From NCBI GenBank assembly GCA_018897295.1, contig JAHILA010000009.1:3154-67153 (forward strand): DNA of 64,000 bases, written 5' to 3'. A program made the translations under genes and the position numbers. This document shows, in pieces, positions 30,184-38,249 of this stretch (positions are counted from its first letter, which is position 1; the number at the start of each line of letters is the position of its first letter). Source of the DNA: Patescibacteria group bacterium. GTDB taxonomy: Bacteria > Patescibacteriota > Minisyncoccia > RBG-13-40-8-A. The notes beneath the pieces are model-generated. The model was not told the DNA's origin. It did no database searches and saw only the letters and a program-made list of their open reading frames with translations.

Positions 30184-30363
30184 TTATTGTTCTCTTTCGT
30201 AGTACGGACATTTTTCACAGAGCAACTCACCAAGTTGATTACCGATCATTGGATGGGTGCATCGTGAAGTTTTAACCGCATCGGTAAGTCCAGCTATACT
30301 TTCATTTGATGCCCTACTTTTAATCACTTCTTTTTTATAATACTTACAGTCGGTTTTTTCCAT
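30184..30363 (-). CDS. 59-aa four-Cys microprotein (absent from the ORF track)
   Basis: MEKTDCKYY...RCTHP...LCEKCPYYEREQ; its stop directly abuts the next ATG (TAAATG). Confidence 0.6.
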   Translation of the reverse strand: MEKTDCKYYKKEVIKSRASNESIAGLTDAVKTSRCTHPMIGNQLGELLCEKCPYYEREQ

Positions 30364-30416
30364 AATGTTTTTTATTTTTTATTAATTTTTACCATTATTT
30401 TTTAGTTTTTATAGAC

Positions 30417-30878
30417 TTATTTCCCCACCATAATAGTAAGTGTTGATTCATTTTGGAATTTCTCGTCTACGCCAACAAATAATAATTTTTCCTTATTTTT
30501 AAAAAACATTATATTCTTCTCGGTGTAATTAGTCTCCCAACCGAATCTCGATAAATTTTCTTTGTAGAATCTTATTACTTCTTCTTGTGGTAAATTAACT
30601 TCGTAGCTAAAACTTTCGTCTTGCTGGGCCGTGGTAGAAGTCTCTGGTTGGTAAGGAGAATATTCTTTAAGAATTGCTCCTGTTGGTAAAGGTATATTTT
30701 TATGTTTTTCAACAAATGTATCTATTGTTTCAATCTGTTCAGAGGTTTCGGAAGATATTTGTTCCGGTTGTGCTATTTCTGCTTCTTTCTTTTGGCCATC
30801 CGTACTAACAATAACAATAATAACGATAATTAAAAGAATTACTCCGCCTACAATATAAGGTATTTTTTTCTTACTCAT
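30417..30878 (-). CDS. Membrane-anchored hypothetical protein
   Basis: N-terminal hydrophobic helix, IPLPTGA and FY...GW pattern. Confidence 0.7.
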   Translation of the reverse strand: MSKKKIPYIVGGVILLIIVIIVIVSTDGQKKEAEIAQPEQISSETSEQIETIDTFVEKHKNIPLPTGAILKEYSPYQPETSTTAQQDESFSYEVNLPQEEVIRFYKENLSRFGWETNYTEKNIMFFKNKEKLLFVGVDEKFQNESTLTIMVGK

Positions 30879-30909
30879 ATTTTTCTATTAATTTTTATCT
30901 AACCAAAAT

Positions 30910-31731
30910 CTACGGACAATTTAGGGCTTTTCGCCAACCGGCATTTAGGGCTTCTTGTTCTGAACAAAACCATTTTTCACCTCGAGCTTCATCTATTTTG
31001 GTTACATTATAAGAACTACATCCAGGCAAATGATATATCTTTTCTCCGGATGAGCTTATATTCCCTTTAATTAGACAGGAACTACTGGCTGGTTCTTCTT
31101 TTTGTTCTGCTGGTGGTAATACAGATTCTTCTTGTTCAGTAGTCGTTGGACATGCGTTCCATAATCCTCGTTTAGCTTCTCGGGCTTCCTGTTGGGCTTT
31201 TACGAATTGATCTTGATATTTTATATCTGGCGGATAAGAATACGAATAAGCAAAACCTTGTTTTACCAATTCGAGATTTATAAAAGCATCGCCAACCCAA
31301 ACATATCTTAAAAGCCGATCATATTTATCCCTATCTGTGATGTCTTTTTCTAAACGAATTTCTTTACCTTCAACTAATTCTTTGTTCTTGTTGGAAGCCT
31401 CTACTCCAAAGCATTGAACTGGTTTTCGGGGATCAACTGTTTCTGGCGTATCAATTCCAATATATCGAATTCTTTCTCCGCCCTCGATTTCAATAGTATC
31501 GCCATCAATAACCCGCGTAATCTTAAATAGACCAGTATTACTCTTATCCTGAACAGGTATATCTGTTATAGAAGAAGTTTGGGATTCAGCTTGAGGTTGA
31601 TTTTGAGATTCAATTTGAGATAAATTAGATTGATTATTTTTTGATCCAGAACCAATTGCAATTCCAATAAACAATATCAAAATAGCACCTACTATAATTA
31701 ATATTGTTTTCTTTTTACCAATAAACTTCAT
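30910..31731 (-). CDS. Thermonuclease (SNase) family protein with C-terminal metal-binding domain
   Basis: VIDGDT, RYIGIDTPE, DKYDRLL, RGLW; C-terminal IKGNIS..YH..C..WFCSE..A..GWR. Confidence 0.92.
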   Translation of the reverse strand: MKFIGKKKTILIIVGAILILFIGIAIGSGSKNNQSNLSQIESQNQPQAESQTSSITDIPVQDKSNTGLFKITRVIDGDTIEIEGGERIRYIGIDTPETVDPRKPVQCFGVEASNKNKELVEGKEIRLEKDITDRDKYDRLLRYVWVGDAFINLELVKQGFAYSYSYPPDIKYQDQFVKAQQEAREAKRGLWNACPTTTEQEESVLPPAEQKEEPASSSCLIKGNISSSGEKIYHLPGCSSYNVTKIDEARGEKWFCSEQEALNAGWRKALNCP

Positions 31732-31735
31732 AAAT

Positions 31736-32782
31736 TCATTTTTTAATTAAAATTTTGCGTCTTTGCCATGCGGGTTCCATGTATCTATTCTTCTTCGCCC
31801 AATCTTTTAAATATTTGATTCGATTTTGTATTCTCTTTTTTTCATTTCCCCGCATTTTTTTTAAAAGATTTTTTTCATTTTCAAACCACTTCTTAAAACC
31901 AGGACCCTTGATCATTTCTTTATCAAGATCAATAACCTGTTTTTCAATCTTTTCTTTTGTCATGTCCGGCAACCTTTTAATGTCCTTCATAATTTTTTTA
32001 ACATGCTGATCATTTTTTGCTATTGACTCCAGCACAGCAAATACTTTCTTGCCTATAATATCTTTGAACCTCTCGATTTGAAACCGATCCAATCCTCCAA
32101 ACGACGGGGTATCGATGCCAAATTTTCTAAAATAATCAAATTTAATAACCCCAAGCGGATATTTAATCAAATGCAACACAGATAATACTTTAACGATTTC
32201 TTCAAATGTGGAAAACCACATATTAAATCCCCCAACTTCGAACGTCTGACAATTTGATTTAAATAATCCGATCTCATTGGAATAGCTATGTCCTTTCGAA
32301 TGGGCAAAGTTATGTAAAAATCCTAATTTTAAAATTCTGCTTTTCAAATCATGTTTTTTTTGAAATGCTTGAATATTTTTATATTGCTCTAATTTGCCCC
32401 AAATTTCTCTGTTGCGAGGAGTATCCTTGTCTGACCGTAGCCATTCTTTAATGATTATATGCCCATCGTCGTTCAAGTTCCAATAAACAGACAACAGTCC
32501 CAATTCTAAGCTAACTCTCAAGGAAACCATCGCTTGCTTATAAAGCCCAAACAGACAAAGATTAAAGGAAATCTGTAATTCTTCCCATGAGTCTTTCCAT
32601 GGAAAAATGTGACCCGACCAAAAGCTGTCTATTGTTTCTGGAATCACTGACTCAATATCATAATATGCCCAAAACAATTTAGAAATTTTCTCTTTTAAAT
32701 CTTTTTTTTCAATAAAACTTACAGATTCTTTATAAACCTGAATACTTTTCTCGCACTTATATGTTAAGGGTGAGATATCCAT
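31736..32782 (-). CDS. Hypothetical protein
   Basis: 348-aa ORF within the operon-like run; LRxxLE and LHNFAH are weakly reminiscent of HEPN-like folds. Confidence 0.65.
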   Translation of the reverse strand: MDISPLTYKCEKSIQVYKESVSFIEKKDLKEKISKLFWAYYDIESVIPETIDSFWSGHIFPWKDSWEELQISFNLCLFGLYKQAMVSLRVSLELGLLSVYWNLNDDGHIIIKEWLRSDKDTPRNREIWGKLEQYKNIQAFQKKHDLKSRILKLGFLHNFAHSKGHSYSNEIGLFKSNCQTFEVGGFNMWFSTFEEIVKVLSVLHLIKYPLGVIKFDYFRKFGIDTPSFGGLDRFQIERFKDIIGKKVFAVLESIAKNDQHVKKIMKDIKRLPDMTKEKIEKQVIDLDKEMIKGPGFKKWFENEKNLLKKMRGNEKKRIQNRIKYLKDWAKKNRYMEPAWQRRKILIKK

Positions 32783-32794
32783 AGATAAGGTCTT

Positions 32795-33130
32795 TTAGAA
32801 GATAAGATGACCCGCGATTAATCCAATTGCAGCTACCATAATGTTTATCAGGATATTTATATAAAATGACTTTTTGTCTCGTTTATCAAGATATTCTTTC
32901 ATTTTTGGCATTGAAAAATCTAATTCTGATACCAATTTTTTCACATTGTCATCATCAATTGCTATCTCGGAATTATAGACATCTCTCAATCTATTTAAAT
33001 TTTCTTGTAATTCAGAAATGTTTTCTGAATTCGCAATCTTTTCTAGTGCTTCAAATGCTTCTTTTCTTTCTCTTTCCCACTCTTCTTGTAGGTGCATTTC
33101 ATATTGTACATCTTCTATTGTTGTTCCCAT
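32795..33130 (-). CDS. Hypothetical protein with C-terminal TM helix
   Basis: Charged helical body, hydrophobic tail, tight spacing with neighbours. Confidence 0.65.
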   Translation of the reverse strand: MGTTIEDVQYEMHLQEEWERERKEAFEALEKIANSENISELQENLNRLRDVYNSEIAIDDDNVKKLVSELDFSMPKMKEYLDKRDKKSFYINILINIMVAAIGLIAGHLIF

Positions 33131-33133
33131 ATG

Positions 33134-34039
33134 CTATTTTACAAACTTTTCGTGATTTTGCTCACGATAGTTTTTACATTTACATCTCTTGACCTTACAT
33201 TTTTTAACATAATCATCTAAATTACTCCCTGCTTTTTTCATTTTATTCGTATTGACATGACTCACTTTCTCATGGCCGCAAATACATTTCCGAAAAAGTC
33301 CTTTTCTTTCTGCCCATTTTGTAATTTCCTTTACAGATGTAAATCCTGGGGGAATCCTTGTTTTTTCTTCACGTATTTCTATCTCGTCACTAACTTCATC
33401 GGATATTCTTTCTCTCTCGGCCCGCTCAGAAAATATTTTAGTGTCTTGAATCAACTTTGATCCTAAAATTTGCTTTAATTTTTCAGGATCTTTGGTATCA
33501 ACCTTTCTCAAAATGTCTTTGTGAACTGCTTTTTTATCTTCCTCTGTCACTTTTCTGGCTATAGTCATCCCAACACCTTTTTGTATCTGTTCCGATTCCA
33601 ATCCATATACTATATTCCATAATCTTTGGAATACAAGCTCATATCTATCTAAAACCAATCCCAGATGAGCATATTCAATTTCGCTTATAAGAAATCTGTG
33701 GATGACTTTGTTTCTAAAATCGTAAAGTGCGTTAATATCGTCAAAAATATCTTTTTCTAAAATTGCTTTCTCAAATGCATATTTATAAATATCCCTTTCG
33801 GAGTAGTAATCTCTATCATCATCTTGATGTATATACTTTACATCAAAATCAGAAGATCGATTCTTAATTTGTTGTTTAAGTACAAGCGCTATGCGACAAA
33901 ACCCATCTATGAGCGTAGCGTATAAAACCAAGGCTTCAATCAAAAACTCCTGTTTATGTGATCTTTGCAACAACATCCTTGCTGCACCAACGCCATTTAT
34001 AAAATTTTCTAGTTTTTCAAAATCTGTTTTGTCACTCAT
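33134..34039 (-). CDS. Putative HEPN-domain protein with C-terminal Cys/His cluster
   Basis: RNKVIH (Rx4H) motif; CICGH..H..C....C.C. Confidence 0.6.
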   Translation of the reverse strand: MSDKTDFEKLENFINGVGAARMLLQRSHKQEFLIEALVLYATLIDGFCRIALVLKQQIKNRSSDFDVKYIHQDDDRDYYSERDIYKYAFEKAILEKDIFDDINALYDFRNKVIHRFLISEIEYAHLGLVLDRYELVFQRLWNIVYGLESEQIQKGVGMTIARKVTEEDKKAVHKDILRKVDTKDPEKLKQILGSKLIQDTKIFSERAERERISDEVSDEIEIREEKTRIPPGFTSVKEITKWAERKGLFRKCICGHEKVSHVNTNKMKKAGSNLDDYVKKCKVKRCKCKNYREQNHEKFVK

Positions 34040-34161
34040 ATATTTTCTAAAACTTCTCCGATTTTCGTTTCTATCAGCTCAATTGGGCAGCGATTGACGG
34101 TGATGATTTCTTCTTCCTTTTTCGCTTCAGCGACGAACTGTTTTTGAATTCCAAATGGCAT
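34036..34161 (-). pseudogene. 41-codon remnant resembling an HsdS-type C-terminal helix
   Basis: MPFGIQKQFVAEAKKEEEIITVNRCPIELIETKIGEVLENI; ATGA overlap with the next gene. Confidence 0.45.
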
Positions 34162-34167
34162 AAATAA

Positions 34168-36837
34168 TCATTTTGAATTCTCAATAATTTTAATCTCTTC
34201 CGGGGTTAAACCGTAAAGTTTATAAACCTTCTCATCAATAATTTTATCGGTTTTTTCGATTTCTGATTTAATTTTTTCCCATTTATCAGAATTTTTAGTT
34301 GTTTTTCGGAGTTCTTTATTCAGTAAAATCATTTTATCGGCCAGTTCAATAAAAGGTTTCTGTTGAATATGAGATAATATTTTAATTGGTAACTTATCTA
34401 AATTCCTTCTTTTTATATAGGGAAATACCTCAGGATTTGTTATAAAAAATTTATTATAAATATAAGTAAAAAGTTTTGAATTTAATAAGGATAGTAAATA
34501 CTCTTCTAAATATTTTTTATCTTTAACAATGATATTATATAATGATTGAATGGTAAAAAATTGATTTTTATCAATACACGCAACAAGATTGCTACCAGTT
34601 TTTCTTAAAAGAATTTTCTTTTTAGACAAATAAATGCTTTCTTTGTCATTACTATGAATTTTTGATTTATCAAAATTAACGAAATTACCACGATCAAAAT
34701 ATATCCAACTATCAATATCCTTACCGCTTAAAACGGGTTTACTGTTTTTAAAAATTGGGTTATTTGCAATCATTTCTTTTTGGCCACCAGTCATAATCCC
34801 AATATAGTTTAAGGCAATCTTTCCTAATTCAATAGAATCAATTCTCATTTTATTCAAAATTTGTTCAGCAATAATATTGCCTGGAAAATTAAAAACATAT
34901 TTTTCATTTTGCAAATAAATATCCTGACTTAAATGTTTTTGATTATTCTCGTTGAATAAATCGTCAAATAATATTAAATTCCCTTTATTGTTTTTATTCT
35001 TTTCAAAAACAAAAATAACGCTATCAACAATAACACCACCGAATACATTTGGAGGTAATTTATTAAATAATTTTATTTTAGTATTGTCTAACAAAAATTT
35101 TCTGATTTTCAAAGAATAGAAATTGGCCAAAAAATTCCAGGGCGTGATAAAAGCAATTAATCCATATTCTTTTGATATTTTTAATGCTTTTTCAATAAAT
35201 AAAACATATAAATCTAATTTGTCATAAGCGGATTCAAAATTTTCAATATAAAATTTCTTTACATTTTCAGAAATTTTTCCATATTTACTGGTAACATATG
35301 GCGGATTCCCAATAATTACATCAAACCCTCCTTGCTTAAAAACCTCAGGAAATTTCTCCTGCCAATTAAACGGATTTTTATCGCGAAAATTTTTGCCAAA
35401 ATATTTTTTCAACTCCTCGTCTGTGCCCGAAATTAGCGAATTACCATTTTCGATATTTCCACTAAGATTTGGTAATTTTGTTTGACTATCAAAGGTATTT
35501 AAAAGTAAATTTAATCGTGCTAATTCAACGGCCTGCTGATCTAAATCTACTCCATAAATATTATTCGTTAAAATTTGAATTTTTAATAATCCATTTGGCT
35601 TAACTCCAAATTCAACATATTTTTTAATCACAAGATTCATCGCTGCCACTAAAAACGAACCCGAACCACAAGCAGGATCTAAAATTTTTATCTTCTGCAA
35701 ATCGCTTATGCTCCTGCATTTATTTAATATTGGACCAAGAGCATTTTCAACAATATAATCCACAATAAATTTTGGAGTATAATATATTCCTTGCTCTTTA
35801 CGTTTTTTAAAATTTTTATCTAAATGTTCTTCTTTTTTAGACTTTTTTAATTGGTGACCAAGATAATTTTCATAAACATTACCTAAAACATCAGCTGGAA
35901 TAATAGAAAAATCATAATCATAATAATTTTTCTTACCATATAAAATATCAATCACTTTTTCTGTTGCTCCTCCAAATTCTTCCCATTTTTCAAAGGGATG
36001 TTCATCGAAAAGATTTGAATTATATATTATGTCTAGCTCTCTAAATTTTTTAATCATTGCTTGATAAGGAGTAATCCTTCCCGCTTTATCACTGGATTTC
36101 CATTCATGAATTAACGGCACTAAGGTTGGCGGTTCAATTTTTCTATCTTCGGCGCAACGAATAAAAATTAAACGATTAAGTAATTTTTGCACACCCTCAT
36201 CTATAAGATGTGAATCAATTCTTTTATCGTTCCACTGCAAAAATGCTGTAGTTAAAATTTCTCGACACTCATTTAAATCCTTAGATAATGTCTCAGTAAC
36301 TGATATTTTTTGTAATTTTTTACCAACCCTTTCAGCTTCTTTATCTAAAATATCATCATTAAATGCTTCTTTTGATAATCGCCACAATTCATCAAAGCGA
36401 TTAAGATATTCTTTATAAGTAAAAGATAGATATTTTTTACCCGCCAAAGATTTTTCTGGAGATAAGGCATTAAAGACGATTAAACTCTCAAAATCAGTAA
36501 GTATCGCCCAAGTAACGCCCTTATTCCAAGAATAGCGAATTGCTTGTTCCGCATAATCCTCACGATTCAGATCGGCAGATATTTTCTTGGCTTCCAAATA
36601 AAATTTTATTCTACCATTTAAATAGAAACCGTAATCAACACGATTACCAGAGATATGTTCCTCTAATGTTATTTCTTCTCTATTCGAAAAATCCCAGCCC
36701 AAAGTTTCAAACAATGGCTCAATAAATCCTCTTTTGGTTTCTTCTTCGGTGTATCGCAAAACTTTCTCGGTGATTTTTTCCGCTTCATATTTTGCGATAA
36801 GTTGCTTAATTTTTTCTTTTGCTTCTCGTTTAATCAT
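34168..36837 (-). CDS. Type IIG restriction-modification fusion (endonuclease + N6-adenine MTase + TRD)
   Basis: EEETK..F..P, VD..LEAK, QAIRY; ILDPACGSG; IGNPPY; TaqI-C-like tail. Confidence 0.9.
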   Translation of the reverse strand: MIKREAKEKIKQLIAKYEAEKITEKVLRYTEEETKRGFIEPLFETLGWDFSNREEITLEEHISGNRVDYGFYLNGRIKFYLEAKKISADLNREDYAEQAIRYSWNKGVTWAILTDFESLIVFNALSPEKSLAGKKYLSFTYKEYLNRFDELWRLSKEAFNDDILDKEAERVGKKLQKISVTETLSKDLNECREILTTAFLQWNDKRIDSHLIDEGVQKLLNRLIFIRCAEDRKIEPPTLVPLIHEWKSSDKAGRITPYQAMIKKFRELDIIYNSNLFDEHPFEKWEEFGGATEKVIDILYGKKNYYDYDFSIIPADVLGNVYENYLGHQLKKSKKEEHLDKNFKKRKEQGIYYTPKFIVDYIVENALGPILNKCRSISDLQKIKILDPACGSGSFLVAAMNLVIKKYVEFGVKPNGLLKIQILTNNIYGVDLDQQAVELARLNLLLNTFDSQTKLPNLSGNIENGNSLISGTDEELKKYFGKNFRDKNPFNWQEKFPEVFKQGGFDVIIGNPPYVTSKYGKISENVKKFYIENFESAYDKLDLYVLFIEKALKISKEYGLIAFITPWNFLANFYSLKIRKFLLDNTKIKLFNKLPPNVFGGVIVDSVIFVFEKNKNNKGNLILFDDLFNENNQKHLSQDIYLQNEKYVFNFPGNIIAEQILNKMRIDSIELGKIALNYIGIMTGGQKEMIANNPIFKNSKPVLSGKDIDSWIYFDRGNFVNFDKSKIHSNDKESIYLSKKKILLRKTGSNLVACIDKNQFFTIQSLYNIIVKDKKYLEEYLLSLLNSKLFTYIYNKFFITNPEVFPYIKRRNLDKLPIKILSHIQQKPFIELADKMILLNKELRKTTKNSDKWEKIKSEIEKTDKIIDEKVYKLYGLTPEEIKIIENSK

Positions 36838-36839
36838 AT

Positions 36840-36854
36840 TTCGACTTCGCTCAC
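36840..36854. repeat. Short REP-like TTCGACTTCGCTCAC motif
   Basis: Shares both ends with the reverse complement of 45938-45973. Confidence 0.5.
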
Positions 36855-36986
36855 TATAAATAATTCTCCTTCATCTTACCACATTTTGACCTTTAAGTAA
36901 ACTAGCAATTTTATAAAATTGCTTAAAAATATATGAATATAATAGCTGAAAAACAAAGAATTGTTTCTGGAAAATTAGGGAAAATA

Positions 36987-37020
36987 AAAAGCATGAAATC
37001 GAAAGATTTCGTGCTTTTTT
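36987..37020. terminator. Terminator downstream of the tRNA cluster
   Basis: AAAAGCATGAAATC-GAAA-GATTTCGTGCTTTT. Confidence 0.8.
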
Positions 37021-37043
37021 GGACGCCTTTCGGTCGCCCTAAG

Positions 37044-37117
37044 TGGTACCCCCACAAGGAATCGAACCTTGGTCAATTGCTTAAAAGGCAACTGCTTTAC
37101 CATTAAGCTATGGGGGC
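37044..37117 (-). tRNA. tRNA-Lys(TTT)
   Basis: GCCCCCA...GTTGC-CT-TTT-AA-GCAAT...GGTTCGATTCC..TGGGGGT-A-CCA. Confidence 0.95.
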
Positions 37118-37120
37118 ATA

Positions 37121-37179
37121 TTAAGTCCCGACGATTCTGTCGGGACCCCGACCACTTCGTGCGTCGGGGCTATGGGGGC
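37121..37179 (-). pseudogene. Duplicated tRNA-Lys(TTT) 5' fragment interrupted by a CCGAC double hairpin (37126-37169)
   Basis: GCCCCCATAG[element]CTTAA equals the first 15 nt of the intact tRNA. Confidence 0.8.
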
Positions 37180-37271
37180 GTATTTAAAATAATAGATTTT
37201 AAAAAGCATTTAGTCAACTTATGCGCGTGGGAGGACTCGAACCCCCAACCGTCTCCTTAAGAGGGAGCTGC

Positions 37272-37391
37272 CCCGCCCGCCTTGCTTCGCCGATTATATG
37301 CGCCCACCAGGACTCGAACCTGGGACAATCTCCTTAAGAGGGAGCTGCTCTACCAACTGAGCTATGGGCGCGTCAAGGCGAAGCGGGCAGG
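37272..37391 (-). mobile_element. Palindrome-bounded element carrying a tRNA
   Basis: Arms CCTGCCCGCTTCGCC... and ...GGCGAAGCAAGGCGGGCGGG flank an intact tRNA; no target duplication seen. Confidence 0.8.
37299..37371 (-). tRNA. tRNA-Lys(CTT), intact, nested
   Basis: GCGCCCATAGCTCAGTTGGTAGAGCAGCTCCCTCTTAAGGAGATTGTCCCAGGTTCGAGTCCTGGTGGGCGCA. Confidence 0.95.
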
Positions 37392-37441
37392 TCTACCATT
37401 GAGCTACACGCGCGCTTTTCAGTTAACCGAGTTTGACTCGG

Positions 37442-37513
37442 TGCCCTCGGCAGGATTCGAACCCGCAACTACGCGTCCGAAGCGCGTCGTGTTATCCGTT
37501 ATACCACGAGGGC
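37442..37513 (-). tRNA. tRNA-Arg(TCG)
   Basis: GCCCTCG...ACGCG-CT-TCG-GA-CGCGT...GGTTCGAATCC..CGAGGGC-A. Confidence 0.93.
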
Positions 37514-37770
37514 GACATTTTTATGTATCCGTCCGAAATTATCTTTTCTACATAATCTTTTCTTTTTAATTTTTTCAACCTTTGTTCTATCCATCTGGCA
37601 GTTTTTAAATTTGCGTATTCTTGCGAAAAAACTAATACAGGATTTTCCATCCGATTAGTAGTTTGAGTGTAGCCATGATCATGTTGTTTTATTCTTCTTA
37701 TTAAATTACTCGTGCTACCAATATAGAATTTATTATTTTCATCTTTAAGTATATAAACGTATGCTTTCAT
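37492..37770 (-). CDS. Small GIY-YIG nuclease
   Basis: YVYIL..FYIGST.NL.RR..QH and A...E..LK motifs; last 22 nt overlap tRNA-Arg. Confidence 0.9.
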   Translation of the reverse strand: MKAYVYILKDENNKFYIGSTSNLIRRIKQHDHGYTQTTNRMENPVLVFSQEYANLKTARWIEQRLKKLKRKDYVEKIISDGYIKMSPSWYNG

Positions 37771-37772
37771 AA

Positions 37773-37864
37773 ATATCTGCTCCGACGCTCCGATTTTTAT
37801 GTCGGAGGTCGGAGCCCCGTACCCCCGACATTATGTCGGGGCGTCGGGGTTTCACCATAGGGGC
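37773..37864 (-). pseudogene. tRNA-like 5' fragment interrupted by a 70 bp CCGAC double hairpin (37780-37849)
   Basis: GCCCCTATGGTGAAA[element]CAGATAT matches 15 of 22 positions of the tRNA-Arg 5' end. Confidence 0.6.
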
Positions 37865-37958
37865 GAAGAATTCAATTATAGAATAGCTTAAAAATATCCA
37901 TTGGTCAAACTTGACAAAATCTCAGATATATGATAAAATTAGATTTAAGGAGGCTAAG

Positions 37959-38183
37959 ATGAAAAAAACGAATAACAAGCGACTAGAAGAAATGTTTGAT
38001 CCGGATATTTGTACTTTAAACACCGATGCAGTTATTAGTGATGGATCCGCAATTCCTATTTTATCTACGAACCCCCCGCTAATACAAAATATTTCTTTCC
38101 CTGTAAAAATTATTACTCGTGAAGGAAAATTTTGGATAGCCAAAATGGAAAACGGAGAAATCATCAGTATCGAATTATGTTAA
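37959..38183 (+). CDS. Small hypothetical protein
   Basis: TTGACA at 37911, TGaTAAAAT, AAGGAGG RBS, terminator at about 38185-38223. Confidence 0.65.
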   Translation: MKKTNNKRLEEMFDPDICTLNTDAVISDGSAIPILSTNPPLIQNISFPVKIITREGKFWIAKMENGEIISIELC

Positions 38184-38249
38184 ACCCCCTCTCGCCTATA
38201 AAACAAAAACGAGAGGGGTGTTTATTATTTCATAAAAAACTTTAAAAAA

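Larger units (their letters stand above)
37222..37413 (-). tRNA. tRNA-Lys(CTT) split by a 120 bp insertion (pieces 37392-37413 and 37222-37271)
   Basis: Joined 72 nt GCGCGTGTAGCTCAATGGTAGA|GCAGCTCCCTCTTAAGGAGACGGTTGGGGGTTCGAGTCCTCCCACGCGCA folds as a cloverleaf; functional status unknown. Confidence 0.85.

Noticed and set aside
37293-37376. TTGAC and TATAAT flanking the nested tRNA on the minus strand
   Set aside because: They are 73 nt apart, so they cannot form a sigma70 promoter; probably coincidence.
37272-37391. Group I or II intron in tRNA-Lys
   Set aside because: Only 47 nt remain outside the inner tRNA, there is no catalytic core, and the site is the D-arm rather than the anticodon loop.
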